DNA of 64,000 nt from a virus. Positions 42,114-51,100 of the stretch are shown here, piece by piece. Position numbers and translations under genes: made by a program. A model generated the notes under the pieces. It was not told the DNA's origin. It ran no database searches and worked only from the letters and a program-made list of their open reading frames with translations. Location: the IMG/VR virus record IMGVR_UViG_3300022552_000002, positions 1-64,000 of that record, one strand, 5' to 3'. Position 1 is the first letter of the stretch. Each line of letters starts with the position of its first letter.

Positions 42114-42189
42114 GGGGGTATAGCTCAGCTGGTAGAGCACCGTCCCTTTAAGTCGGTGGTCCAGGGTTCAAACCCCTGTGCCCTCACCA
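42114..42189 (+). tRNA. trnK: tRNA-Lys(UUU) with C33 and a U30-U40 mismatch
   Basis: cloverleaf GGGGGTA...TGCCCTC-A-CCA, anticodon loop CCTTTAA, T-loop TTCAAAC. Confidence 0.85.
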
Positions 42190-42278
42190 AAACTGGTCTT
42201 GAAAAAATAATGGCTCATTGTAAATGGAAGTACATTTGTTCTCATGGAATAAACCATCATCAACCATGTGAGGAAAAG

Positions 42279-42563
42279 ATGTCTAAAACAGAACAGACAG
42301 CAATTCGTATTTCTGAAGAATTGATAGCACGTATTGATCGTTATATAGAAAATAAACAAAAGGAAATACCATATAAAAAACTAACTCGTTCCGATGCAAT
42401 TCGGATGTTGTTACATCAAGAATTGGAATTAAAAGAAAAAGATTATGTTTTGGAGTTAATTTCATCAAATGAAGAAGCGCTATCAGAACAACTAAATAAA
42501 AAAGCAGAAGAATTGGCAACTGAAAGTCCCAACGAACCCGTGATCGTGCCACCGAATAAATAA
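42279..42563 (+). CDS. CopG/RHH-type DNA-binding protein
   Basis: TAIRISEELIARIDRY...TRSDAIRMLL; start uncertain. Confidence 0.7.
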   Translation: MSKTEQTAIRISEELIARIDRYIENKQKEIPYKKLTRSDAIRMLLHQELELKEKDYVLELISSNEEALSEQLNKKAEELATESPNEPVIVPPNK

Positions 42564-43030
42564 TGAGTTTTTGTTACGGATGGCGTTGGATTGAGCCATT
42601 TTGTCCTAAACATTGTAGAGATTCAGAGAAGTGTAGAAAACTTACTGAAAAATTGAAGAATCAAAACAAAATGATACAATCGGCTAAACCTGAAAGGGGT
42701 GAAGCCGATGAACAACCAACTAGACAATGCAATTGCCGACAGAGTGATGATTGTCATTGCAGGGATGTTCGGAGCTGATCCTTCGATAGCTCAATCTCTG
42801 TTTGATTTTAGAGTCAATGTAGGCGACAACGATACATTCACCTCTGTAGTACCAACACATGAAATATTTGAAGTAAATGGCGAACCTTGTCGTTTCATTG
42901 GCTTGTTTCACATATTGAATGCAATGATGTCTCCTGTTCAAACTGAAAAACATAATGGATGTAGTCGCCTTTCTCTTATCCGTGACGAAAAAGGCATGAG
43001 GATAGTTAAAACAGAAGAGCTGGAGTAAAC

Positions 43031-43261
43031 ATGGCATCTTCAAAAAGCACAGGTAGTGCTGTTGACCATCCTTCTCATTATAACCAAGGTAAAATTGAAG
43101 TTATCGATTTTATTGAAGACCAGAATCTCGGTTTTCATGAAGGTAGTGCGGTAAAGTATATATGTAGGCATCTATTTAAAGGAAAGCCAGTTGAAGATTT
43201 AGAAAAAGCCATTTGGTATCTTCAGCGTCTTATCTCTCTGCATAAGGGAGGTGCGCGATGA
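43031..43261 (+). CDS. DUF3310 (T7 gp1.7-like nucleotide kinase domain)
   Basis: VDHPSHY, IEVIDFI, KYICR...K..EDLEKAIWYL. Confidence 0.9.
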   Translation: MASSKSTGSAVDHPSHYNQGKIEVIDFIEDQNLGFHEGSAVKYICRHLFKGKPVEDLEKAIWYLQRLISLHKGGAR

Positions 43262-43890
43262 AGGTTGACGAACTCGACTACACAGTTTTAACACCGGACG
43301 TTGATTTCGAACGTATGTTAACGTGTATCGAACGTGCTGGTAGAAATTGCTACAAATCAGAGGATAAGATCACTGATGAGAGCGCTAAGGCTTTCGTGGC
43401 TATGCTTATCAAGCGTGGTCATGAAGCAATGTTGGAACACGCACCTAACATTGGTACTTTATTTCATGTGCCACGAGGATTAACTCATGAATTCGTTAGA
43501 CATCGTTTAGCTAGTTTCGGTCAAGAGAGCACTAGGTACTGCAACTACTCCAAGGGAAAGTTCGGTACTGAATTGACGTTGATTCCAATGATGGATGGTC
43601 TGACCTCGGTCCAGATAGAGCGTCGTAAGGACTTGTGGGAGGCCATTGAGCGTGTGTACCTGGCCGAGATTGACGAAGGCATCAAACCTCAACAAGCTCG
43701 TGACAACCTGCCTATTTGTCTAAAGTCGGACATCGTCATTACCACTAACGTCCGACATTGGCGCGAGATCTTTCGACAGCGGACGACGAAGTTTGCACAT
43801 CCACAGATGCAGACAGTTATGAAGAAGTTATTGGCCGACTTCCGTAGCCGTGTGTCTGTGTTATTCGATGATGTTGGAACAGTTGATTAA
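43258..43890 (+). CDS. thyX: flavin-dependent thymidylate synthase
   Basis: GHEAMLEH, HEFVRHRLASFGQESTRY, QAR..LP, AHPQM. Confidence 0.95.
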   Translation: MKVDELDYTVLTPDVDFERMLTCIERAGRNCYKSEDKITDESAKAFVAMLIKRGHEAMLEHAPNIGTLFHVPRGLTHEFVRHRLASFGQESTRYCNYSKGKFGTELTLIPMMDGLTSVQIERRKDLWEAIERVYLAEIDEGIKPQQARDNLPICLKSDIVITTNVRHWREIFRQRTTKFAHPQMQTVMKKLLADFRSRVSVLFDDVGTVD

Positions 43891-43891
43891 G

Positions 43892-43964
43892 GGGCTGGTA
43901 GCTAAGCGGTAAAGCACGACGCTCATAACGTCGCGACGCGGGGGTTCGAATCCCTCTCAGCCCA
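43892..43964 (+). tRNA. tRNA with CAU anticodon (Ile2 favoured over Met), CCA not encoded
   Basis: GGGCTGG/TCAGCCC acceptor, CGACG-CTCATAA-CGTCG, TTCGAAT; G1-C72 paired, so not initiator. Confidence 0.85.
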
Positions 43965-43990
43965 TCACACAACGATAAAAGGAGGATAAG

Positions 43991-44383
43991 ATGGCACCCA
44001 AGAAGAAGACAATGACAGCAAGCGAACGAATGAAGAAGTATTGGAAGGATCGAAGGAGCGGAAAGATCAAGGCTCCGAAGAAAAAGAAGGCAACAGCCAA
44101 AAAGCCGATGACCAAGATGGAGATAGCTCGCCACATGGCCGATCTCCACGAGATGAAGCCTGGGGAGGCTCGAGACTTCATCGCTGATTTCGTGGAACTC
44201 GCTGTGAAGCAGGTGAAGAAGAATGGCTCCTTCACCATCCCAGGGCTCGTGAAGCTCGTGAAAAGGCGCACCAAGGCTCGTGATGGTCGCAATCCAGCCA
44301 CAGGTGAGAAGATCCGTATCAAGGCTAAGACCGTGGCCAAGGCTCGTGTCCTAAAGAAGTTCAAGGATGAAGTGCTTGGATGA
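43991..44383 (+). CDS. hup: HU/IHF-family DNA-binding protein with Lys-rich N-terminal extension
   Basis: MTKMEI, FTIPGLVKL, ARDGRNPATGE. Confidence 0.92.
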   Translation: MAPKKKTMTASERMKKYWKDRRSGKIKAPKKKKATAKKPMTKMEIARHMADLHEMKPGEARDFIADFVELAVKQVKKNGSFTIPGLVKLVKRRTKARDGRNPATGEKIRIKAKTVAKARVLKKFKDEVLG

Positions 44384-44883
44384 TATGGTTCTCTCTCTTT
44401 GTGTTTTCTGTCCTATGCTATGTTATATGGGCAGCAATTCATGAATTGTCACATGTCTATATGGCTCACAAGCTTATAGGCATTACATATTGGGAAATTA
44501 ATCTTATTCCAAAATTACCACAAGAAGCTAATTCTTTTCGAATACAGTTTGCATCCTGTTTCTACACACCGGGAAAGCTCCCAACCAAAAAACAACAAGC
44601 GGCAATTAGCATAGCACCGAGGATTCCTGATATTCTCGGTGCTATAGCTTTGCCATTTACTTGTTATACTTCAGAACCATTCTCTTATTTTCTTATGATA
44701 TTTTTTGGTTCCGCTCTTATAGATTTGTTTGTTGGTTCACTTGGAATGTCTAAGAAATCTGATTTGCGAAAAGCATCTAATAAACTTGGATTATCTCCAT
44801 GGTGGTTAAGAATTTTTGGATTCTTAACCATACTATGCTCTATAGGTCATCTGCTTAAAAATACAGGATGGATCATCAAATGA
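44380..44883 (+). CDS. membrane zinc metallopeptidase (M50-like)
   Basis: AAIHELSH next to a TM segment; several TMs; SIAP...SD. Confidence 0.5.
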   Translation: MIWFSLFVFSVLCYVIWAAIHELSHVYMAHKLIGITYWEINLIPKLPQEANSFRIQFASCFYTPGKLPTKKQQAAISIAPRIPDILGAIALPFTCYTSEPFSYFLMIFFGSALIDLFVGSLGMSKKSDLRKASNKLGLSPWWLRIFGFLTILCSIGHLLKNTGWIIK

Positions 44884-45551
44884 GAGAATGCCCTATCATC
44901 TGGTTGGAAAGTATCATTGGTGGTGGCAAAACAACATTGTTAGAATACTTGAGAACAATGTTGAACATCAGAGCTTTTGATGAACCATTTGAACAAAATC
45001 CTTATTTTGATGATTCGTATGAGAAGCCAGAACACTTTGCTGCATTAGCTCAATTGTGGTTCGCTTTAAAGAGAGGAGAGATACATGAGCTTGCTACAGC
45101 TGAAGCCTTATTTGGAACTCAATTCGATGCTGTAGTAATCGATAGAGGTTTGCCTGGTGATGAGGTTTTTGAAGCTGTACATCACAAGAGAGGAAACATT
45201 CAAGAAAGAGAACACGAACTATACAAATTGTTTTATAACAATATTTTTAATAGACCGAAAGCATCTGCATTACTTATTTATTTAGATGTATATCCAGAAG
45301 AAGCAATGCAACGCATTAAAAATAGAGGTAGAGAAGCAGAGAAGGCAATTGATTTAGATTATTTGGTTGAAGTGAGAAACGAACATTATGATTTAATGGT
45401 TCGCATTGAGAATGGAAAACATGCGTGGTCTGGTAAAACTAAAATAGTCAGAATTCCCTGGAACAGTCGTAATCAAAATCCAGAGATAGTTGTCGCAGCT
45501 ATACTCAAAGAGTATCCTCATATAAGAAGAAGAGATGCCACACAATCCTGA
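44868..45551 (+). CDS. deoxynucleoside kinase
   Basis: ESIIGGGKTT, DEP, IDRG, YLDV, RIKNRGREAE. Confidence 0.88.
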   Translation: MDHQMRECPIIWLESIIGGGKTTLLEYLRTMLNIRAFDEPFEQNPYFDDSYEKPEHFAALAQLWFALKRGEIHELATAEALFGTQFDAVVIDRGLPGDEVFEAVHHKRGNIQEREHELYKLFYNNIFNRPKASALLIYLDVYPEEAMQRIKNRGREAEKAIDLDYLVEVRNEHYDLMVRIENGKHAWSGKTKIVRIPWNSRNQNPEIVVAAILKEYPHIRRRDATQS

Positions 45552-46042
45552 AAAATATATGGCCAATAGATATAGACGCGGTACACCTGAATATCTGTGG
45601 CGCAAATGGTATCAAAAGTTTTGGAAGGCATATCCAAGATACGCACAAGATCCAAGAGGAGAGCCGCCATCATTCATGCGGGATGAATTTATTAGAGATG
45701 TGATGGCTATGGTAGAACGAGAGCTAGCGAAGATAGCTCCAGAGAAGACAATTCTCAAAGACGAATAAGTATAAACAAGAAAGACAACGATATGCGGAGA
45801 AGAAGATGTCTGAAGAAACTAAAAGAGAAGAGCATTTGATCAGTGAACTACATGTTAGAAATTATATGTTACTTGAATTTCGAAAACTAAATCTGCATTT
45901 AAAAAGAATTGAACATCATCTTGAGAGGATTGCTATTCCTCCTGCTACACTTGATTATCAAGATCCTGATGCTGTGAAGAAAGCAACTAAGACTATTTCT
46001 GGTACTAGAAAAGTATCATCTGGTCAGGTAGATCAAGGTTAG
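45535..46042 (+). other. two hypothetical CDS (45535-45768, 45806-46042) ending the plus-strand arm
   Basis: ORFs with RBS, converging on the minus-strand block. Confidence 0.6.
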
Positions 46043-46533
46043 TCTGTTCTCGGATATCTCTTCACGCCAAATTCATCGACTACGCAGACTTGTTTTCCTA
46101 GTGCCAAATATCTATCAATGGTAGAAAGCCATTGATATCCATTACTATCTTTTCTAGCGAAAATGAGTAGCGAACGTGTTTTCTCTGCCATTGAATCAAA
46201 TTTTGTAAACTTTATTTCTTTCTCAGTGTATTTCTCCATTATTTTTCGATACGGTGTGGTTCCGATCTCAGTAGTTACTCTGAATTTCCAGTTGGTAGCT
46301 TTCAATTGTTTCATGATTGATTTGAATATTTTTTGACCTTTATTTTCAGCTTCTAATCCATCTTTCAAAAGAAGTGGTATTTGGTCTCCTGGTTTTACAG
46401 AATTAGGTTGACCACGATAATCAGAATCAATAATTATCATCATAGTGCGATTTGCTTCAGCACCACGCAGAAAGATATCGTTGACGGAAGATTGTGGACT
46501 AGGTCGCATAAAACGAATTTGTTTCTTCTTCAT
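46039..46533 (-). CDS. hypothetical protein
   Basis: ATGA-coupled to the endolysin. Confidence 0.65.
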   Translation of the reverse strand: MKKKQIRFMRPSPQSSVNDIFLRGAEANRTMMIIIDSDYRGQPNSVKPGDQIPLLLKDGLEAENKGQKIFKSIMKQLKATNWKFRVTTEIGTTPYRKIMEKYTEKEIKFTKFDSMAEKTRSLLIFARKDSNGYQWLSTIDRYLALGKQVCVVDEFGVKRYPRTD

Positions 46534-47027
46534 TGTGTGACAAGCCCCTTACGATATCTTTTTTCACCAGAGAGCTTGGAGAGAACTTGTTCTCTTAGAC
46601 CACTAAGTTTTATGCTTACATGTACCCAACCACTATTAGGGCGTCCAGCTGTGTGGTATTCAAGAATCAATTGATCAAAGAAGATGTTGTTATCAATCCA
46701 TTGAGCAAGTTTAAGATTTGAGACACCGTAGATTTCGATATCACCTGCTTCACCTTTTCGATGTTGACTTCTTCTGCTACTGCCAGGTGTTGCATTATTT
46801 AGTTTAGGACCACGATATCCACTGTTGACGTGAACCGGTTTTTTGAAGTGGTCTCTAATTGGTTGAAGTACATTTTGGCAGAGTAGAGTGAGAGCTTCGA
46901 TGACTTTGAAGCTTGTTGGTGTATTGTCGATACCAAGTCTTTGAGCAATAGAAGATCTTATCATTTCTCTGAGAGTAAAGTTTTTACTGAGTCTCATATC
47001 AAGATCGACCACGAATTTCTTTGCCAT
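46530..47027 (-). CDS. peptidase M15A endolysin
   Basis: LSKNFTL.E, VNSGYR, SQH..GEAGD, FDQLI.E, WVHVS. Confidence 0.9.
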   Translation of the reverse strand: MAKKFVVDLDMRLSKNFTLREMIRSSIAQRLGIDNTPTSFKVIEALTLLCQNVLQPIRDHFKKPVHVNSGYRGPKLNNATPGSSRRSQHRKGEAGDIEIYGVSNLKLAQWIDNNIFFDQLILEYHTAGRPNSGWVHVSIKLSGLREQVLSKLSGEKRYRKGLVTQ

Positions 47028-47030
47028 CTT

Positions 47031-47252
47031 TTACTCCTGTTCTAGAATAAGAAAACGATAGATTGTTTGGCATCCACCGCAAATCATTCTAGCTTCTGCA
47101 AACAGAGGTTCATTCTCTGCTTTGTGAAGGTTAGTCATACTGAGTGTGCGACCACATTTGCATGTACCTATAGCAGAGAATTCACTTCGATCTTGAATGA
47201 GCCGAAGTGGTATAATTTTTTCTTCATCTGATTTTGGTTTGCTTTTCATCAT
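47031..47252 (-). CDS. small Zn-ribbon protein
   Basis: CKCG...CGGC. Confidence 0.6.
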   Translation of the reverse strand: MMKSKPKSDEEKIIPLRLIQDRSEFSAIGTCKCGRTLSMTNLHKAENEPLFAEARMICGGCQTIYRFLILEQE

Positions 47253-48169
47253 TCTCCTAATTCACATAACGTAGTCATATTGTTTTTATGTTCATAGATA
47301 CTTCTAAATTCTAACGCCATCAAAAGATCGAGCAACTTTTTAGGTTTTTGTCTTGGTGTTTCTAGAGGTATTAATTCTAAGTCTAATTTCAGTGTAATAA
47401 TACCAAGAAACATTCTTGCTATTTCCATACCTTCTTCTAGTTTCTTTTTTACGTTTTCAGTTAGAGCCATTGTATGGATTTCACTTTCAATTTCTTTCAG
47501 TGTTGGAGAATCAACTTGACTGAAGATGTCTGCTGCTGTTTGCGGACCAATGCCTTTGATGCCTGGAATATGGTCTGTAGAATCTCCCACAATTGCCAAG
47601 AAGTGAGGGTAAAATTTTGGGTGGAAGCCAAAACGCACTTTCTTGTATTCGTATTCTCTGATGAATTTTTTCTTGGTCCACCATCTGCTCTCTCCAGATC
47701 TTCGTTGGAGCACTCTCACCTTTTTCATGCGGAGCATTTGCAGGAAGTCATGATCGTTGGAGTAGATGACGAACTGCTCCCATTCATTCTTGTGTTGCGC
47801 AATGTAGCTCGAGATCAAATCGTCCGCTTCTTCACCCTTCACTCGGTATTGTTCTATTCCAATTAGCTTCATTAACTTTCTACATGTTTTTAAGGAATTT
47901 TTTATGTCTTTATACTTCATCTTTGTATTGAGTTTTCTATTGGCTTTGTAATCTGGAAATATTTTCTTTTTTCTATCAGAACCACCATCCCAAAAAACTA
48001 CAATTTTATCAAAAGTTTTTTCTTCGGTAATACTTATAAGTCCTTTCAAGAACCCAAAAGCCATTCCAGTGAAGACCACTTTTCCATTGAGCTTGGTGGT
48101 CAGAGTCTCATGAGAAAAGAGACTCCTGAATGCTAGAGCATTCCCATCAACAAGTACAACTCTATGCAT
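47249..48169 (-). CDS. 5'-3' exonuclease / flap endonuclease (PolI N-terminal type)
   Basis: LVDGN, YKANR, EADD, SNDHDFLQ, GDSTDHIPGIKGIGP. Confidence 0.93.
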   Translation of the reverse strand: MHRVVLVDGNALAFRSLFSHETLTTKLNGKVVFTGMAFGFLKGLISITEEKTFDKIVVFWDGGSDRKKKIFPDYKANRKLNTKMKYKDIKNSLKTCRKLMKLIGIEQYRVKGEEADDLISSYIAQHKNEWEQFVIYSNDHDFLQMLRMKKVRVLQRRSGESRWWTKKKFIREYEYKKVRFGFHPKFYPHFLAIVGDSTDHIPGIKGIGPQTAADIFSQVDSPTLKEIESEIHTMALTENVKKKLEEGMEIARMFLGIITLKLDLELIPLETPRQKPKKLLDLLMALEFRSIYEHKNNMTTLCELGE

Positions 48170-48227
48170 AATCTTTGCCTCTTTTTGACTTCAGGAACGT
48201 TTTTGTATAGTATGTTGTTTCACTACA

Positions 48228-48275
48228 TATATACTACAAACCTACCTTGCGATGAGTTCTTTTTTCATATAGAAT
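48228..48275. promoter_or_regulatory. back-to-back promoters: phage motif (-) and sigma70-like (+)
   Basis: TTGTAGTATATA on minus at 48228-48239; TTGCGA-17bp-TAGAAT on plus at 48247-48275. Confidence 0.6.
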
Positions 48276-48296
48276 TTATTCATAGGAGTATTCCAA

Positions 48297-48800
48297 ATGT
48301 TCAAGAAACGACGCAACGCATTTCGCAAAAGACGAGCCGTTTATCTTCTAGTTGCATGTCAACTTGATGAGAAGACCGTTGCACGAGAATTAAGCGTCAA
48401 AGAGAGCACTGTTCGTAAGTGGATGAAACAACCTGACTTTGCTGCCGAACTTGAGAAGGCTATGCAAAGGATAGAAGGCATTGATGCAAAGTGGCGTGCA
48501 AAACAGAATAAAATTCTATCTGGCAGGTTATATGAAGAGGCACACAATAGAATAGCGAACACTCGTGAATTAAGAGATATTCCATTGACTACATTAATCA
48601 GCAAGATAAGAGAAGTGAACAATGAAATCAGAGTTGATACTCCTGGTGATGCTACATCTCGAGGCGAAATGACACACAAGCATGAGCTACAAGATGCTCT
48701 GCTTGAACGATACAAGGAAGCACAGAAGCAACAACCGCGTCTCAGTTTGGTTGAAATGCCATCTGGAGATGAACCAAAGAAAGAGGGTACAAATGAGTGA
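48297..48800 (+). CDS. terS: probable terminase small subunit (HTH)
   Basis: VARELSVKESTVRKWMKQPDF HTH; lies upstream of TerL. Confidence 0.6.
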   Translation: MFKKRRNAFRKRRAVYLLVACQLDEKTVARELSVKESTVRKWMKQPDFAAELEKAMQRIEGIDAKWRAKQNKILSGRLYEEAHNRIANTRELRDIPLTTLISKIREVNNEIRVDTPGDATSRGEMTHKHELQDALLERYKEAQKQQPRLSLVEMPSGDEPKKEGTNE

Positions 48801-49062
48801 CGAAGAAAAAAAAGAAGGCATCTCAACAAGGATCTTTAGCAGAAAGAAGAAAGAATCTCCTGAAGAAGAAAAAGCCAAGGTGATGGAAGAGCCAGAGGCC
48901 ATGAAGCTCGAGGAGACGGCTCCTGAGCCACCGCCACCAGCAGTTTCCAAGGCACCAGCAAAGAAGTCAAAGCTCGCTGGTCATCCGGTTGCGCGCAGAA
49001 AGCATCGAACTGTGCTTTCTCAGAAGCCAAAAGAAGCACATAAATATCTGCAAACGAAGTAA
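48793..49062 (+). CDS. hypothetical low-complexity protein
   Basis: GAGGG RBS; overlaps terS stop. Confidence 0.6.
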   Translation: MSDEEKKEGISTRIFSRKKKESPEEEKAKVMEEPEAMKLEETAPEPPPPAVSKAPAKKSKLAGHPVARRKHRTVLSQKPKEAHKYLQTK

Positions 49063-49078
49063 CGGTTTTTGGTGCTTC

Positions 49079-51094
49079 ATGTTATCAATTAGTTCCGACA
49101 TAAAAAATAGTATAGGATCTCACTTTGATGAAGTTGTTGAATCAAAGAAAAAAGAACTGAAAAAATCGAAGAGTAAAAAACTTAAATTAGTTGAAGAAAA
49201 ACCTAAGCGCTTTCCACGACCAGTAAAACGCTTTCCCAAACCAGAAGGATGGACTCCACCTAGTTATCGAATAATCGTCAAGAAAGAACTTGATGAGGAA
49301 ACGATGAATAGGTGGATGTCTACTCCTCCGGGATGGCTTGCTGCATTAACTGAAGATGCAGAAGGTGATCCGACTGAGTTTTATGATTATCAAAATGAAC
49401 ATTTGCTCGACCAATCAATTTTCAAAGGTGTAGATAAAGCCAGACAAACTGGTTTCAGTTATGGCAAAGCTGGAGAAGCTTTAGCTAAAAGCCATTTGAA
49501 GTTGGTTCAGACAACGATTTTTATTTCAAAAGACAAAGAAGAAGCAAATGAAAAAATTTACTTTGCAAAATATCTATATTATTCAATGCCAACAGAGTAT
49601 CAAAGAAAAATTGTTGTTGAAAACAAGCAATCATTAGAGTTCGAATACAAGAATAGACGCACAAGAATTCTTAGTTTTGCTCAACGTCAACCTCGTGGTA
49701 AAGGCAATAACACAGATATTCTTCTTGACGAGTTCGCTCATATGATATGGGCGAATGAAATTTATACAGCTGCCGTTCCTGTTATTACCAGAGGTTCAGG
49801 AACAATTACTGTTGGTTCTACTCCACTTGGTAAGGGAACACTTCATTATGAAATCATGAATAATAAGGAAGGTTTTCCCTATTATTCACGTATACAAATT
49901 CCTTGGTGGTATTGTCCAATTCTTTGTACCAACGTTGAAGATGCCAGAAAACTCGCTCCTTTCATGGAAACAAAGGAGCGAGTTGATATATTTGGTACGC
50001 AAAAATTGAAAATGATTTATAAATCAATGATTGATGAAGAAGATTTTCAACAGGAATATGAACTTCATACAGCTGATGAAAGTTATTCTTATTATCCATT
50101 AGACCTGATTCGTTCTTGTGCATTCGAAGATGAGAAGAGTCAGATACTCGAAAACAATATCGATCCAGATGAGATTCCTGTAGGCTTCGCTCCAGTCAAA
50201 GGTGAGAGTGGTTTAGTGATGCCTGATACCATCATGAACCACTACAAGGATGAACATATCAATTGGTATTGCGATACAAATTCATTCCATGATGAAAATA
50301 CTATTATGGATGGCATTGAAGAAATGACAGATAAACTTCTGTTAGCAATGCAGATTGAAGGCTTTGGAAGAAATCTTCTTCTTGGAATGGATATTGGACG
50401 AAAGAGAGATAGTTCAGAGATTAGCATACTTGAAGAACATGATTTAGATTTATATAACCTTCATATCGAAAGAATGATGATAGAGCTGATTCACATACCA
50501 TATAGAATCCAAAAAGAAGCAATCAGGCTACTGATTAAAAAACTTCCAATTGTCAAGGCCACTATCGATGGGACAGAAGGTTCGCATGGTGCGGACATAG
50601 CTGAGACATTGACTTACGAATTTCCACAAGTTATTGAATCGATGAATTTTACTCCTGAATCAAAAGCACGTATGGCTAAGAATTTCCGCTTCAGATTGGA
50701 AGACAGAACAGTTGCTTTGTTGAATGATTCTAAGTCGATAAAGCAAATTCACAGCATTAAAAAGATTGTCACTGAAGCATCAAATGTAAAATTTGGTGCT
50801 GAAAAATCCAAGAAACATCATGGTGATAAATTCTGGTCTAAAGCATTAGCTAGTATTGGTGGTAATGAATATGATAGAAACAACATTATACAATCAGGAA
50901 AAATAATTGGTATTGGCGATAGCAGAAACTTTGCATCAAATTTGCATAATGGCGACTCAATCATTAGAATAGCTGACAATTCAATGACACCCAATATGCA
51001 ATTAGTGAAAAGTAGAATCCACAAAGACGATTTGCTCAGCGAAAGAGACGCTTATCAAGGCGAATTCTTTGACGCTGTTCCACATAAGTTCTAG
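49079..51094 (+). CDS. terL: terminase large subunit (Mu gp28-like)
   Basis: KARQTGFS Walker A, LLDEFA, GSTP.G, GMDIGRKRD, HGDKFWS.ALA; start uncertain. Confidence 0.93.
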   Translation: MLSISSDIKNSIGSHFDEVVESKKKELKKSKSKKLKLVEEKPKRFPRPVKRFPKPEGWTPPSYRIIVKKELDEETMNRWMSTPPGWLAALTEDAEGDPTEFYDYQNEHLLDQSIFKGVDKARQTGFSYGKAGEALAKSHLKLVQTTIFISKDKEEANEKIYFAKYLYYSMPTEYQRKIVVENKQSLEFEYKNRRTRILSFAQRQPRGKGNNTDILLDEFAHMIWANEIYTAAVPVITRGSGTITVGSTPLGKGTLHYEIMNNKEGFPYYSRIQIPWWYCPILCTNVEDARKLAPFMETKERVDIFGTQKLKMIYKSMIDEEDFQQEYELHTADESYSYYPLDLIRSCAFEDEKSQILENNIDPDEIPVGFAPVKGESGLVMPDTIMNHYKDEHINWYCDTNSFHDENTIMDGIEEMTDKLLLAMQIEGFGRNLLLGMDIGRKRDSSEISILEEHDLDLYNLHIERMMIELIHIPYRIQKEAIRLLIKKLPIVKATIDGTEGSHGADIAETLTYEFPQVIESMNFTPESKARMAKNFRFRLEDRTVALLNDSKSIKQIHSIKKIVTEASNVKFGAEKSKKHHGDKFWSKALASIGGNEYDRNNIIQSGKIIGIGDSRNFASNLHNGDSIIRIADNSMTPNMQLVKSRIHKDDLLSERDAYQGEFFDAVPHKF

Positions 51095-51100
51095 AGGTTA

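Noticed and set aside
42114-42189. Ochre suppressor (UUA) reading of the tRNA
   Set aside because: Stem pairing centres the loop on UUU; shifting the register breaks the anticodon stem.
42156-42209. N-terminal extension of the RHH ORF
   Set aside because: Overlaps the tRNA; the true start is downstream.
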